A DNA stretch of 64,000 nt from Sulfolobales archaeon (GTDB lineage: Archaea > Thermoproteota > Thermoprotei_A > Sulfolobales > NBVN01): NCBI GenBank assembly GCA_038832865.1, contig JAWBJE010000004.1, positions 14,217-78,216 of the forward strand, in the 5' to 3' direction. The notes beneath the pieces are model-generated. The model had not been told where the DNA came from. It ran no database searches and saw nothing but the letters and a program-made list of their open reading frames with translations. Position numbers and translations under genes: made by a program. Of this stretch, positions 20,029 to 28,975 are shown one piece after another. Within the stretch, counting starts at the first letter, position 1; the number at the start of each line of letters is the position of its first letter.

Positions 20029-20877
20029 TTGAGGCTCTCAGGGGTAGTGGTGGCAGCAATCATGCTTATATCTGTTCTGCCCACAGTCAGTTGTGCGTGG
20101 AACGTCCTCGATAGGTTTAAAGGCGACACTCTCTACATGGCCTACGACATATCCTATATGGTCAGAGTTTCCGCTTCCGGCGCAAGCGGAGTCGCTCTAG
20201 GTACTTACACCCTACACATCGTCGTAGAGAAGCTCAATAGAACCCACTACGTAGTGAGTGCTCTAGCAGGCAACGTTACCTACTCTCTCACCTCCAGTAA
20301 TCTGGTCTTTCTCCACGTCTTGGCACAACTATTTATCACAAACCTATCCAAGTACTTCGTCGACCTTCTGTACGTCCCACCGACCGAGGGTGTGACCGTG
20401 GGTGTAGTTCTGCCTAAAGACTCTATCCCATTGTTCCTGAACGCCGTAGCAAGATGGTATAAGATAGTTGAAGATACCTCGGGGGAGGTTTGTCAAGAGA
20501 TTAGAGTGGGCAACATAACGGTCGGTAGTGGAGTTAGGTATAGAATGCTAACCCCTAGGGCTGAACTAGTCTACGACTGCTCGAGCGGCATCCTCGTAAG
20601 CTTAAGCGCATCCATACACGGTGGGATAGAAAGTGGGGCGGACGTCACTATGAGGGTCGAACTATCTAAGCTGAACTTCCTCAACCTCACGAGCATAAGA
20701 CTGCCCGCAGAAAAGGATGTTATCCAAGAGAGGTCGCCCACTATTCCGGTAGTCCTCCTGGCTTCATCCATCGCCGCATTTGCCGTAGTTCTTGCTCTAA
20801 CTGTGGTGGTATTTAAAAAACTTAAGGAAGTAAGGGCTGGAAGTCCTGGTTTTGCTCAAGAGTACGAGAGCCTCTAA
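20029..20877 (+). CDS. hypothetical secreted, C-terminally membrane-anchored protein
   Basis: The start was moved to the in-frame TTG at 20029, after an A/T-rich element. Signal-like RLSGVVVAAIMLISVLPTVSCA, several N-x-S/T sequons, and C-terminal TM VVLLASSIAAFAVVLALTVVVF. Confidence 0.5.
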   Translation: MRLSGVVVAAIMLISVLPTVSCAWNVLDRFKGDTLYMAYDISYMVRVSASGASGVALGTYTLHIVVEKLNRTHYVVSALAGNVTYSLTSSNLVFLHVLAQLFITNLSKYFVDLLYVPPTEGVTVGVVLPKDSIPLFLNAVARWYKIVEDTSGEVCQEIRVGNITVGSGVRYRMLTPRAELVYDCSSGILVSLSASIHGGIESGADVTMRVELSKLNFLNLTSIRLPAEKDVIQERSPTIPVVLLASSIAAFAVVLALTVVVFKKLKEVRAGSPGFAQEYESL

Positions 20878-21166
20878 GGCCGATGACACGCTTGTGTCTA
20901 GCTATCCGAGCCCCTAACTACAGTTCAGAAACAAATCTACTTTGCCCCGCGGTCTAAGTCATGGTCGCGTTACTCGAAGGCCGTCCCTCGTCGTTTGCCC
21001 CTCGGTACTCGGGTAACACTCGAATTTAATCTATAATGGCTAGTAATACTCTTGAAGCAATATATTAGTGTTGCCTCACCTTGGGGTAATACCCACTAAC
21101 GTGAGGATAGTGTTAAAGTGGCGTAAGTTTATACTTCACCGAAAGCAATTATCCGATGGTGAACGC

Positions 21167-21394
21167 TTGAAACGCTTAGGCTACTTCCTGCATAAAACCT
21201 CGTCTGGAAGACTCATCGTTAAGTTAAGTTCTCCGAAGCCTCCTAGACTAGGCTCAAAAGTACTGAGCTCACGTGGCGAGGTAATCGGAGTTCTGGTAGA
21301 CGTGATAGGTCCCGTAAGGTCTCCCTATGCTGTTGTCAAGCCGATAAAGCCGGAGGTCTCAGTAGACCCCTACGAAGAGCTCTTCGTCAGGTGA
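21167..21394 (+). CDS. gar1: H/ACA RNP protein Gar1
   Basis: KRLGYFLHKTSSGRLIVKLS...PRLGSKVLSSRGEVIGVLVDVIGPVRSPYAVVKP is the archaeal Gar1 pattern. TTG start at 21167 was chosen; the ORF is open from 21068. Confidence 0.8.
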   Translation: MKRLGYFLHKTSSGRLIVKLSSPKPPRLGSKVLSSRGEVIGVLVDVIGPVRSPYAVVKPIKPEVSVDPYEELFVR

Positions 21395-22254
21395 CATTCG
21401 TGAGCTGCCGAGAGGATATGGTGGTTTTCGACGAGTTCAGAGGCGAGTACATCTGCGCCGAAACCGGTGAGGTGATCGAGGACAGGCTCGTCGACATGGG
21501 TAAGGAGTGGAGGTCCTTCACTCCTCCAAGTAATAAGGAGCGAGGCGAGATTCCGAACACTCTCAAAGTCCATGACATGGGTTTACACACGGAGATAGAC
21601 GGGAGCTCGTGGATAGGTAGGAGGCTTGCCGAGTTAAACAGCATGAGTAGGATCGTATCTAGCGACGATAGAAAGCTGTCTAGAGCGTTGAAGCTCTCCA
21701 ATGAGGTCATAAACAAGCTTTCTATACCTAGTTCCACGAGACTTAAGGAGGAGGTGGGGCTTATCCTTAGGAGGCTCGTAAAGAGTGGAATACTCGGTCG
21801 TAGGAGGCTTGGCGCTTTTGTAGCCGCGTCGATAGTATGCGCTGCTGAAAACTTGAACATACCAATTAGCGCTAAGGACGTCGTAAACTACTGCGGCGTT
21901 ACTCTAAGCGACCTATGGGACGCGTTAATGAAGATCCGCAGGGACTTGGGGATAGCTAAGTCCAGGTCTTATGACCCGAGGACACTCGTACTAACGTACG
22001 CTCAAAAAGCCGGACTCCCGAGTCAAGTTGCAACTCTTGCTATGAGGATAGTTGAAGCGGGCAGGGTCTCCGGGAGCCTCTTGAGCAAGGGTCCGCAGGG
22101 AGTAGCTGTGGCATCTCTATATGTAGCATCTATACTTTTGGACATAAGAAAGACTCAGTCGGCTATGTCTAGAGACACTGAGGTCTCCGAGGTAACAATA
22201 AGGAATAGATACAGAGACGTAGTTGAGGGAGTTTTGATAGAAGTAGACCTATAG
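21391..22254 (+). CDS. tfb: transcription initiation factor IIB (TFB)
   Basis: FDEFRGEYICAETGEVIEDRLVDMGKEWRSF (ribbon/B-reader region) followed by two cyclin-fold repeats. The GTG start overlaps the gar1 stop (GTGA). Confidence 0.9.
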   Translation: MTFVSCREDMVVFDEFRGEYICAETGEVIEDRLVDMGKEWRSFTPPSNKERGEIPNTLKVHDMGLHTEIDGSSWIGRRLAELNSMSRIVSSDDRKLSRALKLSNEVINKLSIPSSTRLKEEVGLILRRLVKSGILGRRRLGAFVAASIVCAAENLNIPISAKDVVNYCGVTLSDLWDALMKIRRDLGIAKSRSYDPRTLVLTYAQKAGLPSQVATLAMRIVEAGRVSGSLLSKGPQGVAVASLYVASILLDIRKTQSAMSRDTEVSEVTIRNRYRDVVEGVLIEVDL

Positions 22255-22380
22255 TCCGCTGCTGTTCGGCGTCGGTTACCTCGATTGGCAATCGAAGTCG
22301 TCGAGTAGCGTGAACGCGGTACGACAGGGTCTTCATTACATGGGGTATGAGATGATCGTTCAAAACACGCAAAAGGACCC

Positions 22381-23208
22381 CTAAGCTCCAAACCTTCTTT
22401 CCCTCCTTTGGTAGTCTCTAATCGCTCTCAGCAGGTCTATAGTCCTAAACTCGGGCCAGTACACCTCGCAGAAGTAGAGTTCGCTGTACGCTATCTGCCA
22501 CAGTAGGAAATTACTAATCCGTACCTCACCGGAGGTCCTTATGACTAAGTCCGGGTCGCCGAGCTCACCAAGATGTGATGTGTATAGATACGACATGAAG
22601 GTCCTTTCGTCTATGCTATCGAGAGCAATCCTACCAGAAATCGCGTCTCTAACTAGCTCTCTAACGGCTCTCAGTATTTCCTCGCGACCACCGTAGCATA
22701 AGGCTACGTTGAGCACTCCATTATCGTAGCCCTCCGTTTTAGCTTCTATCTCGCGAATCTTAGACACCAGAGACTTCGGAATCAAGTCCAGTCTGCCGAA
22801 AACCTTAATTCTCACTCTCCTCGCGTCTAGTTCGCCGCTACTCTCGAGCTCATCGATAGCCCTTTCGATCAGGCTGAAGATGTGTTCTCTCTCTGCTGGG
22901 TCTCTCTTGGTGCAGTTCTCAGTAGACATAGCGTATACCGTCACTACCTTAACTCCAAGCTTCCACAGGACATCCAAGACTTCCCTGAGCTTCTTGTACC
23001 CGTACTCATGCCCTTGAATGGGGCTCATACCAAGCTCTCTAGCCCACCTTCTATTGCCATCGGGTATTATAGCGACATGCCTCGGCAGAGGACCCGACTT
23101 CACCTGGTCCCACAATATTCCCTCGTAGAGTCTGTACAGGGGTCTAACCAGCAACTTCAACGGTCCCTGGAGTAATCTGTTGACCAGTTTAGCTAACATT
23201 CTTCCCAC
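22381..23208 (-). CDS. uppS: undecaprenyl (cis-prenyl) diphosphate synthase
   Basis: HVAIIPDGNRRWA and the RTSGEVRISNFLLWQIAYSELYF motifs. Confidence 0.92.
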   Translation of the reverse strand: MGRMLAKLVNRLLQGPLKLLVRPLYRLYEGILWDQVKSGPLPRHVAIIPDGNRRWARELGMSPIQGHEYGYKKLREVLDVLWKLGVKVVTVYAMSTENCTKRDPAEREHIFSLIERAIDELESSGELDARRVRIKVFGRLDLIPKSLVSKIREIEAKTEGYDNGVLNVALCYGGREEILRAVRELVRDAISGRIALDSIDERTFMSYLYTSHLGELGDPDLVIRTSGEVRISNFLLWQIAYSELYFCEVYWPEFRTIDLLRAIRDYQRRERRFGA

Positions 23209-23352
23209 TGCATGCAGAAATTCGAACGCCCATTATAAGAAACACCGTATATCGCGAGACAGCATTAGAGTGCACCATAGACTTCTCAAAAAGTAGTGAT
23301 CAGCAAGCTCTTTTACCCCACCTCGCATGCAGACGTCGGTGAAATCGACTTG

Positions 23353-24450
23353 ATGAGAGTTAGCGCGCCATACATTACCGAAGACGATATAGAGGCTGTT
23401 GTGAGTGTTCTGCGGTCTGGCATGCTTGCCTTCGGCCGAGTTGGAGAAGAGTTTGAAAAGCAGTTAGCTAGATACTTGGGGGTAAAGCACGTTGTCGCGG
23501 TCTCCAATGGTACCGCAGCCCTCTACCTCTCGCTTAAGGCTTTAGGGGTTGGTCAAGGAGATGAAGTCATAGTTCCGGACTTCACCTTCTTTGCTACAGC
23601 TTCAACCGCTCTACTCGCCGGCGCTACCCCCGTACTGGTCGACATCGAGCTGGAGACCTACACTATCGACCCGGACCAGTTGCGCAAAGCTGTCAGCAAT
23701 AAGACTAAGGTCGTAGTGCCCGTACACCTTTACGGCCACCCAGCGGATATGGACAGAGTGACTGAAATCGCTAGTGAGAGGCAGCTCTACATCGTGGAGG
23801 ACTGTGCTCAGGCACTAGGAGCGGAAATCAGAGGCAGGAAAGTGGGTAGCTTAGGCCATGTGGCAGCGTTCAGCTTCTACCCGACGAAGAGTATAACCAC
23901 GGGCGAGGGAGGCGCTGTAGCTACAGATTCAGATGATGTGGCAGACCTTGTAAGACTGCTCAGAAACCACGGTCAGAAGTCCCGCTACTACCATGTTGAG
24001 CTCGGGTGGAACATGAGGATTACGGATGTGCAAGCAGCTCTAGGGCTCTCGCAGCTTAAGAGACTAGACGAGATGAATGAGAAGAGGAGGAGGCTAGCTA
24101 GAGTTTACTTAGAGGAGCTAGCGTCCGTCCCCCAAATTAGGTTGCCGATAGAGAAGCCCGGGGTTAAACACGTCTACAACCTGTTTACTATATGGGTCGA
24201 AGGCGATGGAGCTCGAGACAGGTTAGCGAGGTACCTGAGGGACAGGGGTATTGAGACAGCGGTCCACTATCCGATTCCCCTACATAGGCAGCCCGCGCTC
24301 GCTGGAGCTAAGAGGTCGCCCGGGTGTTGCCCTAACTCAGATATCGCTTCAAGGCATGTGCTCTCCCTTCCACTACACCCGGGTCTAAGCGAGAGCGACG
24401 TCATAGCTGTCGCTAGGCTCGTTAAGAGCTTTTTCGGCGAACGTCCCTGA
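23353..24450 (+). CDS. DegT/DnrJ/EryC1/StrS-family PLP-dependent sugar aminotransferase
   Basis: Family pattern throughout, including FYPTKSITTGEGGAV (PLP lysine context). ATG at 23353 is preferred over the GTG at 23296. Confidence 0.88.
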   Translation: MRVSAPYITEDDIEAVVSVLRSGMLAFGRVGEEFEKQLARYLGVKHVVAVSNGTAALYLSLKALGVGQGDEVIVPDFTFFATASTALLAGATPVLVDIELETYTIDPDQLRKAVSNKTKVVVPVHLYGHPADMDRVTEIASERQLYIVEDCAQALGAEIRGRKVGSLGHVAAFSFYPTKSITTGEGGAVATDSDDVADLVRLLRNHGQKSRYYHVELGWNMRITDVQAALGLSQLKRLDEMNEKRRRLARVYLEELASVPQIRLPIEKPGVKHVYNLFTIWVEGDGARDRLARYLRDRGIETAVHYPIPLHRQPALAGAKRSPGCCPNSDIASRHVLSLPLHPGLSESDVIAVARLVKSFFGERP

Positions 24451-24523
24451 TCGCCTCATTGCTTACCTCAGTGGCTAGCTAGCTCAGCATAGTTAAAGCT
24501 ATTTAAGTTGTCGCCTCTAGCGT

Positions 24524-24865
24524 ATGTGGCTGATTGGAGTGAGCAAGACCCAGGAAAAGGTAGCTAAGGTAGATAGCGGTGAACTTAGGGTGGTATCCGA
24601 GAGATACAATGGTCTAGTTCGCAGACTCGAAGTGGAGGCCGTCGTAAGTCACCAGGGACTGCCCACTCCTAGTAGGAAGTCTCTGGTCGAAGCACTGAGC
24701 AGGATTTACTCGCGCAGCCCGGAACTCGTGGTCATAAGGAAGATTGAGAGCGAGTACGGCATTGGGCTATCGAGGGTTTATGCCCACGTGTACGACAGCT
24801 TGGATAGACTCAAGAGCTTCGAGCCGGGGCACATTCTCAAGAGGCATGGCTTTGGGGTGCAGTAG
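24524..24865 (+). CDS. rps24e: 30S ribosomal protein S24e
   Basis: VVSERYNGLVRRLEVEAVVSHQGLPTPSRKSLVEAL...VVIRKIESEYGIG. Promoter-like AAAGCTATTTAAG at 24495-24507. The start may be the GTG at 24539. Confidence 0.85.
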   Translation: MWLIGVSKTQEKVAKVDSGELRVVSERYNGLVRRLEVEAVVSHQGLPTPSRKSLVEALSRIYSRSPELVVIRKIESEYGIGLSRVYAHVYDSLDRLKSFEPGHILKRHGFGVQ

Positions 24866-25045
24866 TTGAGCAAGGAGGGGAAGAGGTTTAGGAGCGCGCT
24901 CTACGATATAGACCCGCAGAAGGGTGTAATAAGACTTAAGAATAGGCTGTGCCCTAAGTGTGGTAGAATTATGGCGCTACATAGGCACCCGGTCCCAAGG
25001 TGGCAATGCGGCTACTGCAGTTACGTCGAGATAGTGAGGTCTTAG
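24866..25045 (+). CDS. rps27ae: 30S ribosomal protein S27ae (59 aa, below the ORF-track cutoff)
   Basis: Hand translation from the TTG at 24866 gives LSKEGKRFRSALYDIDPQKGVIRLKNRLCPKCGRIMALHRHPVPRWQCGYCSYVEIVRS*. This is a CxxC...CxxC zinc ribbon in the conserved position after S24e. Confidence 0.8.
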   Translation: MSKEGKRFRSALYDIDPQKGVIRLKNRLCPKCGRIMALHRHPVPRWQCGYCSYVEIVRS

Positions 25046-25053
25046 GTGGTTTA

Positions 25054-26043
25054 GTGGTAATCGTCCTCGGCATAGAGTCGACGGCACACACTTTCGGTAT
25101 CGGGATAGTTTCTGATGAGCCAAGAATTCTGGCGGACTCCAGGTTTAATTACACCCCTGAGAAGGGGGGTATCCACCCGAGGGAAGCCGCCGAGAGCTTT
25201 ATTAGGAGCGGGCCTAACGTCCTAAGGGAAGCTTTAGACCAAGCTGGACTCACCCTTCAATCGGTTGACGCAATCGCGGTAGCACTCGGCCCAGGGCTAG
25301 GTCCCTGCCTCAGGGTGGGTGCTACTACCGCTAGAGCTCTTGCGTCATACTATAAGAAGCCTCTAATTCCAGTAAACCACGCTGTTGCCCACATCGAGAT
25401 AGGCAAGATGCTTACCGGGGCTAGAGACCCCCTAGTGGTGTACATATCAGGTGGTAACACAGTTATCACTGCCAAATACGGTGGGAGGTACAGAGTATTC
25501 GGTGAGACGCTAGATATAGCTCTCGGGAACTTCATGGATACCCTAGTTAGGGAGCTGGGTTTGGCACCACCTTACGTTGTCGAAGGTGTACACGCCCTAG
25601 ACAGGTGCTCGGAGGGGGGTAAGTACATAGACCTACCATACGTCGTCAAGGGTCAGGACACTTCTTACTCAGGTCTCCTAACTGCGGCTCTAAGGGCCGT
25701 GAGGAATGGTGCTAGAATCGAAGACGTGTGCTTTAGTGCCAGAGAGATAGCTTACTCTTCCCTCGTAGAGGTTGCTGAAAGGGGGGTAGCTCAGCTCGGG
25801 AAGACCGAGATCCTATTAGTAGGTGGCGTAGCTGCCAGTCGATACTTAGTCGAGAAGTTTAGGGTGCTGGCAGAACACAGAGGATTGAACCTCTACGTAA
25901 CGCCCCCTAAGTACGCAGTAGATAACGGCGTTATGATAGCTTGGACCGGTGTTCTCTTGTTTAAGCATGGAGTCACCATTGACCCAGAAAAAGCCACGGT
26001 AAGACAGAGGTGGAGGTTGGACAGTGTCGATATCTATTGGTAG
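25054..26043 (+). CDS. kae1: tRNA N6-adenosine threonylcarbamoyltransferase Kae1
   Basis: VLGIESTAHTFGIGIV N-terminus, HAVAHIE metal motif, VDNGVMIAW C-terminal motif. The GTG at 25054 lies just after the S27ae stop. Confidence 0.9.
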   Translation: MVIVLGIESTAHTFGIGIVSDEPRILADSRFNYTPEKGGIHPREAAESFIRSGPNVLREALDQAGLTLQSVDAIAVALGPGLGPCLRVGATTARALASYYKKPLIPVNHAVAHIEIGKMLTGARDPLVVYISGGNTVITAKYGGRYRVFGETLDIALGNFMDTLVRELGLAPPYVVEGVHALDRCSEGGKYIDLPYVVKGQDTSYSGLLTAALRAVRNGARIEDVCFSAREIAYSSLVEVAERGVAQLGKTEILLVGGVAASRYLVEKFRVLAEHRGLNLYVTPPKYAVDNGVMIAWTGVLLFKHGVTIDPEKATVRQRWRLDSVDIYW

Positions 26044-26701
26044 GATTGAGAGAGTTATTTACTTGGGCGCGGAGGCCTTAGTAGCTGAAGGTGAGTTTCT
26101 GGGATATAGAGCCGTATTCAAGCAGAGGCTTAGAAAGCCGTATCGAGTCCCAGAGCTAGACCAGGAGATAGTGAGCAAGAGGACTGTTGCTGAAGCTAGA
26201 GCTCTAGTAAATCTTCGACAGCACGGTGTTAGAGTACCGAGGGTCCTCTTCGTCGACCCCCTGGCCGGTCTCATAGTTATGGAGAAGATAGATGGGGTAG
26301 TCCTACGGGATGCCCTACAAACTCTTAATAGAGAATTATCTTGTTATGCCATGTCCTCCCTCGGTGAGGAGGTAGGCAAGATGCACAAGCTTGGAGTAGC
26401 TCACGGAGATGTAACTACGTCTAACGCTATACTAGCCTCCGATGGCTTGGTCTACCTAGTGGACTTAGGTCTCTCGAAGCACGTTGAAGATGTAGAGGAT
26501 ATGGCTGTTGACGTACACTTACTGATTAGAGTACTAGAGAGCTCTCACTATGCGTGTAGAGAGGAGCTACTAAAGTGCTTTCTAAAAGGGTATAGGAAAC
26601 TTCTCGGGGACGAAGAAGTCAGAGGTGTTATGGATAAGGTCGCAGAGATAAGGATGAGGGGTAGGTATGTCGAAGAGAGGAGGATTAGAAAGTCTAACTA
26701 A
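26024..26701 (+). CDS. bud32: Kae1-associated kinase Bud32
   Basis: Small atypical kinase: GAEALV...FKQR (Lys), HGDVTTSNAIL catalytic loop, VDLGLS. Overlaps kae1 by 20 nt. Confidence 0.85.
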   Translation: MSISIGRIERVIYLGAEALVAEGEFLGYRAVFKQRLRKPYRVPELDQEIVSKRTVAEARALVNLRQHGVRVPRVLFVDPLAGLIVMEKIDGVVLRDALQTLNRELSCYAMSSLGEEVGKMHKLGVAHGDVTTSNAILASDGLVYLVDLGLSKHVEDVEDMAVDVHLLIRVLESSHYACREELLKCFLKGYRKLLGDEEVRGVMDKVAEIRMRGRYVEERRIRKSN

Positions 26702-26727
26702 TAATTAAGGACTTCGATAACTATAGT

Positions 26728-26738
26728 AAAGCTTATAA
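26728..26738 (+). promoter_or_regulatory. BRE/TATA promoter element AAAGCTTATAA
   Basis: Ends 31 nt upstream of the peroxiredoxin ATG. The identical 11-mer precedes alba. Confidence 0.55.
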
Positions 26739-26768
26739 ACTCTGAGTATACCAATTCTTGGTGACAGT

Positions 26769-27464
26769 ATGCCTATCCAAATTCCGGCTATAGGTGAGAA
26801 GTTCCCCGAGATGACCGTAGTTACAACCCACGGAGTCAAGAAGCTACCCGATGATTATAGTGGTAAGTGGCTAGTACTCTTCAGTCACCCAGCAGACTTT
26901 ACACCAGTGTGTACAACAGAGTTTTACGCTTTCGCTAAGCGTTACGAGGACTTCAAGAAGCTGAACGTCGAACTCCTGGGTCACAGCGTCGACAGTGTCT
27001 TCAGCCACATCAAGTGGGTTGAGTGGATCGAGAAGAACTTAGGTATGAAGATACCATTCCCAATAATAGCGGACCCCGGTGCCGAGGTAGCTAAGAAGCT
27101 AGGATTTCTGCACGCTCAAAGCGCTACACACACTGTAAGAGCCGTCTTCATCATTGACCCGAACGGTGTCATAAGAGCTATACTGTACTACCCGCAAGAG
27201 CTCGGTAGAAACATCGACGAGATACTCAGAGCTATAGTAGCTATGCAGGTTGGCGACAAGCTTAAGGCAGCTATGCCGGCTAACTGGCCTAACAATGAGT
27301 TAGTTGGAGATAGAGTGATAGTGCCTCCGGCGAGAACTGTTGATGAAGCAGCGGAGAGAATGAAGCACTACACGTGCTACGACTGGTGGATGTGCCATAA
27401 AGAGGGTTCACCGGCGGACGCAGAGCTAGCTCGGTCGTTCTTAAAGAGAGCGGCTGGAGTTTAG
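26769..27464 (+). CDS. peroxiredoxin (Prx6/1-Cys-type thiol peroxidase)
   Basis: [14 protein letters not shown] peroxidatic-Cys motif and a C-terminal extension containing Cys residues (YTCYDWWMC). Confidence 0.92.
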   Translation: MPIQIPAIGEKFPEMTVVTTHGVKKLPDDYSGKWLVLFSHPADFTPVCTTEFYAFAKRYEDFKKLNVELLGHSVDSVFSHIKWVEWIEKNLGMKIPFPIIADPGAEVAKKLGFLHAQSATHTVRAVFIIDPNGVIRAILYYPQELGRNIDEILRAIVAMQVGDKLKAAMPANWPNNELVGDRVIVPPARTVDEAAERMKHYTCYDWWMCHKEGSPADAELARSFLKRAAGV

Positions 27465-27505
27465 GTAGCTACGACTACACAGTAAGTATTTGTTTTTAAC
27501 TCGAG

Positions 27506-28738
27506 TTACTGCTTAAGTAAGCTAACACCTCTTTCTCCAGGTCCTACGTGACCATACCTTGTTTGAACTATCACTGTCTTTAGACCTACACTCTCTAGAG
27601 CCCTCTTGACACTAAGCATCTCGCTAGCTGTAGGGCGCCTTATCTCCCTTCTTCTGAATGCTGGAAAGTAGTCTAGCACGGTCACTTGGATCCCTGAGTC
27701 TATGGATGCTATCCTCTCACCTGCTTCACATATCTCCTCTATCGATACGAGGTCCGCGTTGTAGACTAAGCCTACTCCGAGGTAGACTCTACCTGCGTAG
27801 TTCTCGTATACGTACTCTATAGACCGCCAAGACGTCTCGAGGTACCGAGACGCTAGTCTCTCGTCGGAAACACCGGTGATTTTCATGTAGGTCTCTACTC
27901 GAGCACACTTAGGCTCTATGCCTATGTTGTTGCAGCCGGCTTCAACGAGCTCGTCTATGTAGTCGCGGGTTAGTACGGTCCCGTTACTGTCTAAGTGCTT
28001 TCGCACACTGGGCTTAACCCTCTTATTTACTTCCTTAAAGAATTCTATTAGCCACCTTCTGTTTATTGCCGGCTCTCCACCACTTACAGCAATGCCCTTA
28101 GTTGAGTAAGCTCTATGGCACTCTACTGCTAGTTTAGCTGCTTTAGCGGGGTCTAGTGGTGTAGTAGTGTTATCGTAGGTTACGTGATAGTTCTGGCACT
28201 GGGGACACCTAAGGTTACAGCCCGCAACCCAGATTGCCGCTTCTACGTAGTTAACGTAGTCAACCTCCCACCACGGTGTAGCCTTACCACCGACGGTGTG
28301 TGGCTCGGGTCCGTGAACTATCCTCAAGGGATTACGCCTCTCTACGTCGGTCTCGATTCTCATCCCGCTTCGGACTGGTGTAATGCAGGATCTCTCAATA
28401 GACCCGTCTATGATTACCGCACAGCTCCAGCATCCTCCAGTCTTACACGCGAGACTGGGCTTCTTCGAGCTCGGCTCGTCAAAGGTGTACCCTAGGTACT
28501 CTAGAGCCCTTGCCACAGTGACTCCGCTAGGTACTCTAGTCTTCACACCGTTGACGCTTACGTCTACTAACTCTACCCTTTTCTCCTCCTCAACGACGTA
28601 CCTAGCACTATAAGGGCAAGCCCAGAAGCAGGACAGACAGCCGCAGCAAGACGCAGGAGAGTGACAGGTGTTAACGTAGGTGCAGAAACCGCATCCAGCA
28701 CACTTGGAGTAATCTACTTCAACGCGTTTGACCCTCAC
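27506..28738 (-). CDS. radical SAM enzyme with N-terminal ferredoxin-like Cys-rich domains
   Basis: CNLRCPQCQNY (CxxxCxxC) plus GIAVSGGEP. N-terminus has CAGCGFC...CGCLSCFWACP and CKTGGCWSCAV...C (2Fe-2S-ferredoxin-like). Confidence 0.8.
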   Translation of the reverse strand: MRVKRVEVDYSKCAGCGFCTYVNTCHSPASCCGCLSCFWACPYSARYVVEEEKRVELVDVSVNGVKTRVPSGVTVARALEYLGYTFDEPSSKKPSLACKTGGCWSCAVIIDGSIERSCITPVRSGMRIETDVERRNPLRIVHGPEPHTVGGKATPWWEVDYVNYVEAAIWVAGCNLRCPQCQNYHVTYDNTTTPLDPAKAAKLAVECHRAYSTKGIAVSGGEPAINRRWLIEFFKEVNKRVKPSVRKHLDSNGTVLTRDYIDELVEAGCNNIGIEPKCARVETYMKITGVSDERLASRYLETSWRSIEYVYENYAGRVYLGVGLVYNADLVSIEEICEAGERIASIDSGIQVTVLDYFPAFRRREIRRPTASEMLSVKRALESVGLKTVIVQTRYGHVGPGERGVSLLKQ

Positions 28739-28975
28739 TTAGCACTTACCCGCCGAGTAGCTGGCGAGAGCGTTAATTAACTCAAGCCCCGGTCACTCCG
28801 CGATACGTGATGTAACTCTCCTCGGTGAGCCTACCTGATTCGGTTAACGTTAACACTGTAAACCCTGTGGAGAGTTTTCCGCAATCAGTTCGGTAAGCCT
28901 GACTGGTGGGAGTAGATGCCGCTCGGGCTTCGAGGGTATATACGAACCCTTCGCCTTCGTTGCCGCTTTATTGGC

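Noticed and set aside
21391-21500. The TFB N-terminal zinc ribbon has only 2 of the usual 4 Cys (SCRED...ICAETG).
   Set aside because: As far as I recall, Sulfolobus TFB1 has the same CPPDK...YICSETG arrangement. This looks like a normal crenarchaeal TFB1 trait rather than a novelty.
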